From: Mytilus trossulus
Lineage: Eukaryota
Direction: 5' to 3'
Assembly: GCF_036588685.1 (NCBI RefSeq)
Contig: NC_086373.1
Coordinates: 88,288,001 to 88,352,000 of the forward strand
Length of the DNA: 64,000 bases
Below the pieces are notes generated by a model. That model ran no database searches. It was not told where the DNA came from and saw only the letters and a program-made list of their open reading frames with translations. Every line of letters starts with the position of its first letter. The stretch's first letter is position 1. Shown in pieces: positions 26,005 to 37,294 of this stretch. The translations under genes and the position numbers were made by a program.

Positions 26005-26996
26005 CAATTTTAACGAGAGAAATTTATGTATTACTGAAAAATTATTACACCAGGGTTTTCGATATCACAAACTAGTCAAAACATTTACTAAATTTTATCA
26101 TCGGTATAAAGACATCATTCGTAAATATAGCTCAACATGCAGACTTCTTATACGTTCAGGTATTTCACATCCAATTTTTTATGGAAATATTCTTTATAAA
26201 GCACAAAGGTGTCAGTATTCACCTCAGAAACTTACAAAACCTTTGAATAGACTTATTAAGAAGGCATATAATTACGATACTGTTGTCAAGTCATTAAAGA
26301 TTGCATATTTTGGCGTTAATATTGAGTCACTGATAAGGTCTTTGCGTCTGAACTAAACACATTTATTCTAAAAACAGTTGTTGGCATGACACGGGTTATG
26401 GTCTTCTCATATATGTTATGATAGTATGATACTAAACCCCTAACGGGAAGGATTGTGCCTGATGTTCATATGATGAAATCATAATCTTTCAGTCAGCTTA
26501 ATTGAAGTCTGGAGCTGGCATGTCAGTTAACTGCTAGTAGTCTGTTGTTATTTATGTATTATTGTCATTTTGTTTATTTTCTTTGGTTATATCTTCTGAC
26601 ATCAGACTCGGACTTCTCTTGAACTGAATTTTAATGTGCGTATTGTTATGCGTTTACTTTTCTACATTGGTTAGAGGTATAGGGGGAGGGTTGAGATCTC
26701 ACAAACATGTTTAACCCCGCCGCATTTTTGCGCCTGTCCCAAGTCAGGAGCCTCTGGCCTTTGTTAGTCTTGTATTATTTTAATTTTTAGTTTCTTGTGT
26801 ACAATTTGGAAATTAGTATGGCGTTCATTATCACTGAACTAGTATATATTTGTTTAGGGGCCAGCTGAAGGACGCCTCCGGGTGCGTGAATTTTTCGCTA
26901 CATTGAAGACCTGTTGGTGACCTTCTGCTGTTGTTTTTTTTATATGGTCGGGTTGTTGTCTCTTTGACACATTCCCCATTTCCATTCTCAATTTTA
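26005..26996 (+). mobile_element. 5'-truncated Penelope-like retroelement: RT thumb/C-terminus plus ~640-bp 3' region
   Basis: FNERNLCITEKLLHQGFRYHKLVKTFTKFYHRYKDIIRKY resembles the PLE RT C-terminal helix region; stop at 26356; downstream part is repeated at 3350-3765. Confidence 0.75.
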
Positions 26997-27599
26997 TTTA
27001 AGGTTAATTATTGCAATTTCAGGAAACTCTGCATAATGAAATAAGTATCAGACATCGAAATGTGAGTTCTTATTGTTGCGAACTTCATCCATTCGTATTA
27101 TTCGCATCAATATAAACATCGCAATAATTTCTGATTTTTCAGTATATCACGCAAATATTAAGATAACAATAAAGTACCGAAAACAAGTAGTTCTTTATAA
27201 ATTGGCAGAGTCAAAAGCTCAAACACATCTAACGAGTGAAAAAACATATGTCATATTCCTAACTTGGTACAGGAATTTCCTAATGTAGAAAACGGTGAAT
27301 TAGACCTCTAGTTATGGGACAAAACAGGGGACCTGTAACACGTAATTAAGATCATAAATATTGTGAGTACCTAGAATCTATATTTCAAGACCTTTATGTA
27401 TTATTTTTGTAAAGTGAATACGGAATTTTTATCAATAAGGTCTTAGTATCTTACAATAATTACATTTGATGTATGTTTCATTATAATACTTTATTTGATT
27501 GGCTAACTGCACATCACGTCAATACTTAAAATATATCTAAGTTCTTGGGCTTGTGACTTCTTTAATCCTTACTTGTTGTCAACATTGGGATATTTTGGC

Positions 27600-27992
27600 T
27601 AAGGAAAAGCGCGTGTCTCGCGTAAATAACAAAAATCAATCCTAAACTGATATTTATGATGAGTTTATTTTCGACCACTGAGTCGATGCCACTGCTGGTG
27701 CAGCTTTAATTCCCATTCGTTAATTATCATTGATATGTTAATAATATTAAAGATCATTAAATAAACTGTTAACAAAACTTTGAATTTTTTTAAATACTAC
27801 GGCCTTTTTTACCTCAGGAAAAGATAACCTTAGCTGTAGGATTTTTTGGTCCTCAATGCTCTTCAGCTTCGTAGTTTATTTGGTTTTTAACATTTTTTTA
27901 TCCGAGCGTCACTGATAAGTCTTTTGTATACGAAACGTTTGTCTGACGTAAGTAAACAAAATCAATACTTATGTCTATGATGACTTTATTTG
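27600..27992 (+). mobile_element. Decayed retrozyme copy with mutated hammerhead (27906-27949)
   Basis: Colinear with 42905-43312 (CCACTG.GTCGATGCCACTGCTGGTG, AGATAACCTTAGC, CCTCAATGCTCTTCA); core reads CTGATAA instead of CTGATGA and loop-III palindrome is lost. Confidence 0.8.
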
Positions 27993-28661
27993 AAAAATAT
28001 CATACTCGTAGTAAAGAAAACTCAGATGTGTCTTACGCATAAGTTATATTTCTAACGTCATTTCTTACATATAATAATATACAAATAAGATTATTGATAT
28101 GATTTCCGATGAGAAAACTATCCATTATGGGCTTATAATGACGTAGTTATAAATAACTACAGGTTGCCAATGAGCAAAGCTCACTGCACCATGCCGTAAA
28201 GTCAGACTTGAAAACCCGTAATATAACAAAATGTGAAGCAATTTAAACGATAAAATCCAACAGTCTGATTTAAAACAAAACAATAAACAAACGAAAATAT
28301 GACACCGAATAACTCTGAAATAGACAAGTGAACAGTTACAGAGACCTCACGAGTGTGTACAGTGGAATAGTTTGTGTTGCTTTGATCTAATGTCATATTT
28401 TGTTTGTTTGTATTATTGGAAATCCGTTTTTGTTTGTATAAATTTAAAGTATTTGAGAGTTAAAAACATTGCCTACATGAAATAATTGAAGTTACTGGAA
28501 AAATTCTTCTTTAATATGAAAAGCAATAGATGACATGTTAAACATATATTCGTTAGCGAAACATACAATATAAAACAGTCTTTTCATCTATTAGTTAAGT
28601 ATGAAACAGTTGGTCGAACATTCAAACACACATACATTATTATTCAAACAAAAGTACACTA

Positions 28662-31600
28662 TCAAGCGTTTTGCAAACCTTCTAATCTAAAGACCCATGC
28701 CCAATGACATGGCATTTTGTTATACGGTATATACGGAAGAGTTATATTGATTCCTCCTTGTGGCGGAGATGTCCACTCAAGTTGACCTTCTGTTCCGAGG
28801 AAATATACAAATGTCTGGTCTTGGACTGGAATTGGAGACTGGAGATATAAATATTTGTCTGGCCAATTTAAAGATATAGCATAAACGGCTTTGTTGGTCT
28901 TTATTCGCTGTTCAGTATACCTGTTATAAATAAAATGACGCTGTTAAATATATATTTTTTTTTATATATATGTATAGATTAGACCGTTGTTTTTACCCGT
29001 TTGAATGGTTTTATACTAGTAATTTTGGGGCCCTTTATATCTTGTTGTTCGGTGTGAGCCAAGGCTCCGTGTTGAAGACCGTACATTGACCTATAATGGT
29101 TTACTTTTTTTAAATTGTTATTTGGATGGAGAGTTGTCTCATTAGCACTCACACCATATCTTCCTATATCTATGGAAAGTTATTATAATCATCGTCAGTT
29201 GGTCTCTATGTCTTTATTGTCATATGAGAAAGTGTTAAGTCAACTTCCCATATTTGTTTCACTGAAGGCATCAATGTGTTGGATGGTTTATTTGTGACTA
29301 GGATTTAGGTGTCTTAGATGCAATGAGATATCCTCAAACGTTTCTGTTGGACATTGACTCCTGACTTGCATAAATGAGTCATAAGGCCCTAATTTCTCAG
29401 TACATACGAAAAGTATAACGTTGCAACATGTATACTTAATACAATTAGGTAGATAACAATTTTCACGAGTCTCCTAGACCGATATATATATCATGTATCC
29501 CTAAAATAAGGAGATGTTTTCATCAGTTATGTAGACCCCCCCCCCCCCCCCCCCCCCAATCTACAAATACATCGTTTAAATAAAACACTACTTACCAAAC
29601 TCGAGGAGTGAAGGTATCATTTTGATGTGTCCATGGGTGGGATCCGTATATAGCCTCAGAATTGACCTGCAGCCAACTACCCATCTGTTTCAATCTTTCT
29701 TGGAACAAAGGCTGTATAGTACCATCGTATGATGGAGCTACATTAATTAAGATATTGCCACCACAACTAAAACAAACAAAAGTATTCTCAATTCGTATGA
29801 TGGAGCTACATTAATTAAGATATTGCTACCACAACTAAAACAATCAAAAGTGTTATCAATCCTGGCAAATAAACTTTTGTTCAGATCTAAGTTGAAAAGA
29901 AACGATTTTATTTTAATAAAAAATCAGATTTCATTGAACTTTTTGATCTATTTAACTATTCAACTTATTTTCTTTTTAAAAAAATCGTCTTGAGTCAGAA
30001 TTTGAACTAAAAGTTTAATATGTGATTTTAGTAGGACTTGATATTGTGCAAATAAGAAAATTAAGCTGAAGACTTTACATGTTTTTTTAGTTGAATCATG
30101 AACATTGATGAACATTTACTTAAATAGCAGCTAATATGATAAGAACAACTTTTTATTTAAAACATACACACCTTATGGTTGAAACAATGGACGCAATAAG
30201 TTCTTCTATAGTGAGGAATTCGTCTAACTTTGCATTCCTTCGAAATCCCCAGGATACTTTATCAATGGTCATGGCATTCTCCCACTTTTTATTCTGAAGT
30301 TTTCCTACATTGAAAATTCTACATTGAAAATCTAAACTCATACTTTTTTTTATTGATTTGCCTTCTTGATATTGCAAAAACAAAAAATGTTTTGATTGGT
30401 GTATTGCTTCGAAAAATATGAACTTGTCATTGCGTTATTTGAAGGAATTAAAGAAATCTATTTCTTTGTTGGTTTTATAATAATAAAACACAGAAGATTG
30501 TAATATAGTCATATGTATTGATCTTTAATTTGTTTATTGAAGTGAAATAAAAGAAAAAAATACGTAAATTCCGTTGATTTATCTTGTAATAAAAAAAATA
30601 ATCGTTTGAGAAGTATATTTCAAATGATTTTTTTTTCTGAAAGATGAGCTGTATTTTATATGAAAGCTGTATCTCCAATACATGTTTTCACCTTGTTTGC
30701 TTGATGTGAAAATCTTGTACATTGAAGTGAAATAAAAGAAAAAAGTATTAAAATGCCGTTGATTTATCTTGTAATAAAAAAATCAATCGTTTGATTAGTA
30801 TATTTCAAATGATTTTTTTCTGAAAGATGAGCTGTATTTTATGTGAAAGCTGTATCTTCAATACATGTTTTCACCTGTTTGCTTGATGATAAAATATTTT
30901 AAGTTTGGATGTAACACGTCTTCTGATTGGCCGACGTTATTTTGTTATGAGCCCATAGACATAATTTAGTCATGTGACCGTGACGTCATCAACGTTTTTT
31001 CATGTTTTTTTACGGTTTAAAATGGAATTTAGAATTAAATTATAAGAAATGACTGTAATATTTTTTCTGTCTACTCGAAATAACCTAAAAAAAAAGTGGT
31101 GCACACTGTTAAATAACCCGCTACGCAGGTTATTCAGTGTGCACCAAATTTTTTATGTTATTTCTTCATAGACAGAAAAAATATTACAGTCATTCCTTAA
31201 ATGTTTAACAGGGCGATAAATTCATCTTTTTCCAAGTTTTCATTTTCTCTCATAGATTAATTGCAATATGTTCGAAGTGTTTTCTTCCAAAATGTGAATT
31301 TGAAAACACAAGTCGAAGGACACATTTATTTGTGTGGAAACGATTCCTGCTATTTAAATATACTACCTGGATTAAACCTATCTGAACAAGTCAGAAATCC
31401 TCCATGTTTGCACATAGTATCAGTGCCCCATCTGTCGTTAGTAACAATTTCATCTCTAACTGGACTTTAAATTCAAAAAAAGAAGAAGAAATAATCGGTA
31501 AAATAGACATTAGTACAAATAAAATGAAAACCTACTTCGCCATTTTCAGGAAAACAATATAAATAGTTAATATTGCATAATGCAATCCGGCATTTGGATA

Positions 31601-34600
31601 TATCGACATGTTGAATCATTAGCATATACTTTATTAGGATAACTCTCAGCATGAGGACATGTCACTCCATCCAGACACATTATGCTGACTGTGACTAGAC
31701 TTTAGATTTAAATGCTTTCTGTAATGCAGGGTTTTCTGTAAGTAAATTCGGTCGGGAAAGAAGACAGAAATAGATGTTCTTATGAAAAAGGAATAGAAGA
31801 AAAAAGCAGCTAAATAATGTATATTAATTTTATATTTGAAAAATTAAAACATAATTTAATATACATTGCTATATAAGTATAGTTTTTCTACATCCTGCCG
31901 ACAGTGTTTATTTTGGCATTGCACAATGTCATGCGTGTCTCATGCTGTTTATGGTGTCTTTAAACTTAACCCGATGGATGTGTTCGTTCTGATTGAGATT
32001 TTAGTTTGAGAGAGTACCACTATGATTTATTTTTTAGTTGTAATTTGCAAGAACTAGTTTCCCCTCACTGTGAATACTCTTAGTAATTTTGGAGCGTTTT
32101 TATCTACCTTTTTTTTGTGATCGTTGTTTAAATGTACTGTACTGTTCTGTTCTGTTATGTTGGGCCAATTACAACTGATTTTAAGTGTGTTCTGTTATGC
32201 TGTAACTCATCTGTATCATGTTATGGTAAGGATTAAGCGCGCACACACATATTTAACAAACTTTTATTCTGTATGTGCCTGTCCCAAGTCATATGTCCTT
32301 ATTATAGTTGTTGTAGTTCAGGTTTTATATGCTTTATATATGAATAGGCCGTAAGTTTTATCGTTTTGCCTGTTTCGTATTTTTCTTGCCGTGGCCTTTT
32401 TTAGCCGACTATAAGTACGGTATGGGTATTTCATTGTTAGAGCAAGAAGGTTGCCTCTAATTTTCTTTCTACAACTTTTTTTTAATCACTGCTAGCTATA
32501 TAAGTATTTAATGTAAAGATGTCTTTAACAGTCAGTCGAAAACATGATAGTGAGCAGTGCCAAAATGTAGATATCGAAAGAATGTACTATGTAGAACGTG
32601 AAAGTTCAAAACTGTTTAGAAATAATATTTAATTCCTTGATGATAAAAAAGCAAAGTTTATAAAGATAAACACATCATTCAAAGCCTATTTACAGTGTAC
32701 AATTGGTTTCATTTTAAAATAAGTCTATTTTAAGTTAATTAATGGCTTATAAGAAAACTAAAGAATAAGCAATGTGATCCCCACCAAAAAAGCAAGGGTT
32801 GAATTCAAGTTCTCCTTGAGCAAAATCTATTCCGACTTCACCAGTTGCACCCATTGTGTTAATCAAGACATGTAGAAATTCGAGGATAACATATGTATGT
32901 TATGAATTGGACTAATTCAAAAGTTAACTTCTTTCTTTGTAAATGACGCTACACAGTCTATGGAATTGGGTGTTGGCCAATGTTCAAAACCAGGCAATTT
33001 CTTTATTGCAAAAAAAGGTATTCTTTGTGCTACTCCAATTACCTCTTACAAGTGGCACCTGCATGAAAATGCAGTGGCAACTGCATGAAAATGCAAATAT
33101 CACTTGTACAATATGTGGTGTTTAAAACGCTTATCTGTAAATTTACATGTACCTGTAGTTATACAACCAAGCAATAAATTCTGTAGAATTCCAATATGAG
33201 GACGGTGCTGGGCTTCCATCAGACCATATTAAATCAGGTTTGTAATTATTAACTAACTCATAAAGTTCAGGCATAGTTTTAGTCTGAAATTAAGGAAATA
33301 AAAAGTTAAATTTTAAAAATACTTATCTGCAAGGAAAATTCAAAATGGAAAGTTCCTAATCAAATGGAAAAAATCAAAAGCTCAAATACTTCAAACGAAT
33401 GGAAAACAAAAATTGCTCTTGTTAAGTAAGATGTATGTCATGTTCCTTGTAATTAATCGACGTTCACATTTTCATATAATTTTTTAAAGAGAGTGGTTTT
33501 TTTTTTCTGTTACATGTATAATTTTTGTAAACGGTATAGAATTATGACAAACATCTTTGCACACAGTTATACACATATGGAAATATCTATCTCAAAAATT
33601 GACAGTGCTCGTATGACTTAACCATTTGAAAGCCACGTGGTATATATCTAATAACACAGGTAAACTAAGATTTTATAGTAAAATGTGCTCATCATTTGAG
33701 CATACTTAAGATTTGATATTAAGAAATACACTGCTAACAAAAATTAGAATAAGTGCACATTCACTTGCAATTGAAACCGGGAGGTATAGCAAACCAAACA
33801 TTTTAGCAAGTGAAAGATACTGCAAACTTTGTAAGGATAAAGTGGAAGATAAAGTTCATTTTCTTTTATATTGTCCTCTATATAAAGACCTTCGAGAGAA
33901 GTTTGATATTTTCAAAAACCTTAATAATGATGATGATATTAAATCAACGATTTATTTACTTAACCTAACATCTAATGTCAGTTGGTCTACCGTAAGTATA
34001 ATACTGTGTAATACTGTGATATCATATATATAATTAGTACTTGAAATGTTGTCTTTATGTTGTATTTGCATAAGTTGTCATGTTTAATGTGTTTGAATCT
34101 TGGAATAGGCATTGTATCATATGTGCTTTGTCCAATAAAATATTTGAATTTGAATATACGTGGATACGTGAGGTGCTATATGGCCATAGCACGTAGGATC
34201 AGAAAGCTATGCCGCGGTAGCTGATTTCTAGCTTTTAAGAAATGACAATTATTGTCTAGAATTTCAGTTTTAAACTTATGACTTTAACCGAGAGTTATAC
34301 TGCATAAAGAGTTACCTGCGCCTTTCTCTTTAATATTTATGTTTGTTGTTGTGTATAAACCCAATAAGTAACTCTAAAAGCCAATTTTAAAGGTTGGTGA
34401 AACACAGTGTGATTTTGAGAATAGTTTTATGAATATAAAAATTTAATGAGTGTCCTACATTTGAAACAATCGCATTAAAACATTCAATGTTTTATCTATG
34501 TATATATAATAGTAAAACCAAAATGAGATGAACATAAAATATAAAAGGATAGTTTACTTACTGTCACAAATTCTTGCGTCGTAAAATTATTTGCTTTATC

Positions 34601-37294
34601 TTGAAGAAACAGTGGATTAAACCATTCAAACAAAGAATGGTAAAGTCCAACTCTGAGGTCTTTTTTACGTAGTGATGTAACAAGTTCTCCTTAAAAAGTA
34701 TAAGATACTTTTAAACATCAAAGCATAGAATTGTCTCAGTATATTCACGATTTGGCAATATGAACCGAATTCAATTCGCATCAAAGGAACAAAAGGTGTT
34801 TCTTTCATTTTTCCTTAGATTTGTTTTGTTCAAAAGATTCTTTAATGAGAGGTACTGACACCGCTATATATATGTGTGTATCGAATAGTTATCAAATGTA
34901 CCAGGATTATAATTTTAATTTTAATAATTTTTATCGTAAAACATAGAAAAGTCCGTTTCTTGGTATAAGAAATAAAAAAGTATAAAAACTTGATGCTTTT
35001 TGTTTTAGTCATCAACGCCAAACAAATAATCAGCAAGCATGTGTATTAAATTATTAATATTCAAATATTTTGTTTCGATATCTTTTTGTAAAGCTGAAAC
35101 GAACGTACCTACGATATCCCTTTTTGGACCGACTGCCATAGAATTCCAATTAAAAGAGTGGTTAGAAGGCCACATTGTAAAACCTTCATGATGTTTAGTC
35201 GTAAATACCACATACCTGCAAATAAAAATACAAAATATCGTTTGCAATAACATTATAGTATTTTTCACAAAAGTTTTTAAAGTAGACAAAATTCAGTAAT
35301 GACCAACTAGAGTATAATGACGCAAGAATTTTTTTCTTAATTTGTCTACAAACAAGAGTGCACACACTGAAATATCTCGCCTTCTTTACTTGTTATTGAT
35401 ATTATGTTGATAGTCCTAAATATAAAGCTTTATTACAACTGTCACATAAACTTAAAATTAACCAATAAAACTAAACATTGACCAATCAACCATGAAAATG
35501 ATGTCAAGGTCAGATGAACCATGCCAGACAGACATGTACAGCTAAAAATTCTTCCATACAAAAAATATAGTTGACCTATTGCTTATAGTTTAAGAAAAAC
35601 AAACCATAACACAAAAACTTAACAATGAGCAATGCACTGTGAAAATGAAGTCAAGTTCAAATAAAACCTGCGCGACTTACATATATATCATAAAGTATTT
35701 CCATACGCCAAATATAGTTGACCTAATGTATTTAGTATTAAAAAAAAAAGCAAAACTCAAAATCATAACTTTTGACCACTGAACCATGAAAATGAGATCA
35801 AGGTCAGATGACACCTCCAGCTAGACATGCACATCTAACATTCACCCATAAACCAAATATAGTAAACCAATTGCATACAGTATAAGGAAAACAGATCAAA
35901 ACACAAAAACTTAACTTCAACCACTGAACCATGAATATGAGCTGAAGGTCAGATGACAAATGTCAGTTGGACATGCTCACCTTACAGTCCTTCCATATAG
36001 TGACGAAGAATGAAATCAAATGTGCACTTGGAGGTATAAAGTAATAACGAATTCTTAAAGAACAAGTTTCATACAGTCCTTCCATACACCGAATATACAA
36101 GATATATTGCTTATACCATCTGATATATGAACTTGACCACCAAAACTTAACCTTGTTCATAGATCCATGAAATGAGGTCGAGGTCATGACGGACATGAGG
36201 ACCTTGCAAGGTATGCACATATCAAATATAGTTATCCTATTACTTATAATAAGAGAGAATTAAATTAATCTTATTTTTTTTCCAAGTAGTCATTGAACCG
36301 TGAAAATGAGGTCAAGGACATTGGACATGTGACTGACGGAAACTTCGTTACATGAGGCATTCCATATACAAAGTATGAAGCATCCAGATATGCCACAAAA
36401 TATGCAGGCTCGACAAAAACTGGTTACCATTGATCATATAAAAACTTACATAAGACACAAATCAATTTACATTTAAAAATATTTTCCTTCCGCCTTTATT
36501 GATACAGTATCACGATACCATTCAAATGTTTATTTAATAGTTTGTTAGTTTCAGAAGGTTATTGATTTTTAAACACGGAAACATGCAGTCCAAATATAGA
36601 AGAAACATCAATATTTTATGATTTTACAGCTTGCCAATAACAACCATAGATACATAAGAGGTAGCAATTGTTACAAACGTATTTTTAGAGGGGTCCTCAC
36701 TCAATGACATTATATTGTCTTTAAAGGAGTATTTTTTTTACATGCATATCAAATATGTCAAATTATGTACCTTATTCGCAAAATAACGAATAGCAAATTA
36801 TTGTGAGTAATGTTTTTACATACAACAGAAGTTACACATTATCCGGCTTGATAAAGTTGTGTATCTACTTACTCTGCACCGGATGATTTAAATAGTGATG
36901 CCCATTCATCCGTATCTAAAAACTCAGCTGTTAACATGGGAGCAAAGTCTGGGTACGTGAAACCGGGTCTGTAGTTTTTCTTCATGAACTCTACATATTT
37001 TGGGATCTTATCTCTCTTCCAGAAACACCAAAACCATTCGTCATACACACTAGGAACAGAGTAGACTCCCCAGACAACAAATATTCCTATTTTAGCACTG
37101 TCATACCAAACTGGTAGAGGCCTTTTGTCTAAAGCTTCCCAGTTTGGAGGATACAGTTTATCGCCTTTGTTCCATTGTTTTACGATGTTAAATTCCTCCA
37201 CTATATTCTGACTTTGACTGCTAAGTTCAACTGTGTATGGACATAACAATATCAATATCCACGGTATAATACTAACGTCTTTAGTGGTCAACAT
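28662..37294 (-). CDS. FUCA: Alpha-L-fucosidase (GH29) paralog A, 8 exons, 482 aa, divergent active-site pocket
   Basis: Exons 37294-36873, 35215-35109, 34689-34562, 33283-33153, 31464-31367, 30304-30172, 29766-29596, 28920-28662 (1449 nt, GT-AG, in frame). Signal peptide, [37 protein letters not shown] nucleophile, [22 protein letters not shown]. Confidence 0.93.
28975..29172 (+). mobile_element. Short dispersed repeat (same subfamily as 53398-53590)
   Basis: GGTGTGAGCCAAGGCTCCGTGTTGAAG..CCTATAATGGTTTACTTTT..GGATGGAGAGTTGTCTC; near-identical inverted copy at 53398-53590. Confidence 0.75.
29725..29860. repeat. 68-bp tandem duplication spanning the exon 7 acceptor of fucosidase A
   Basis: Units 29725-29792 and 29793-29860 differ at four positions. 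Confidence 0.9.
30536..30888. repeat. Local ~185-bp tandem duplication
   Basis: ATTGAAGTGAAATAAAAGAAAAAA..GTTTGCTTGATG at 30536 and again at 30721. Confidence 0.85.
30899..31200. mobile_element. Non-autonomous element with a ~157-bp palindrome (31043-31199)
   Basis: Arms AATGACTGTAATATTTTTTCTGTCTA / TAGACAGAAAAAATATTACAGTCATT and GGTGCACACTG / CAGTGTGCACC around AATAACC..GGTTATT. Confidence 0.6.
33655..34155 (+). mobile_element. 3' fragment of a non-LTR retrotransposon (RTEX-like)
   Basis: [37 protein letters not shown] Cys/His C-terminal motif; AATAAA then TTTGAATTTGAAT tail at 34135-34155. Clade call is tentative. Confidence 0.7.
35350..36419 (-). mobile_element. HINE-type element with ~145-150-bp internal tandem units
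   Basis: Recurrent AACCATGAAAATGAGGTCAAGGTCAGATGA units; minus-strand 5' end TTTTTGTCGAGCCTGC and 3' end GGCGAGA..GTGTGTGCAC-TCTTGTTT. Confidence 0.7.
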
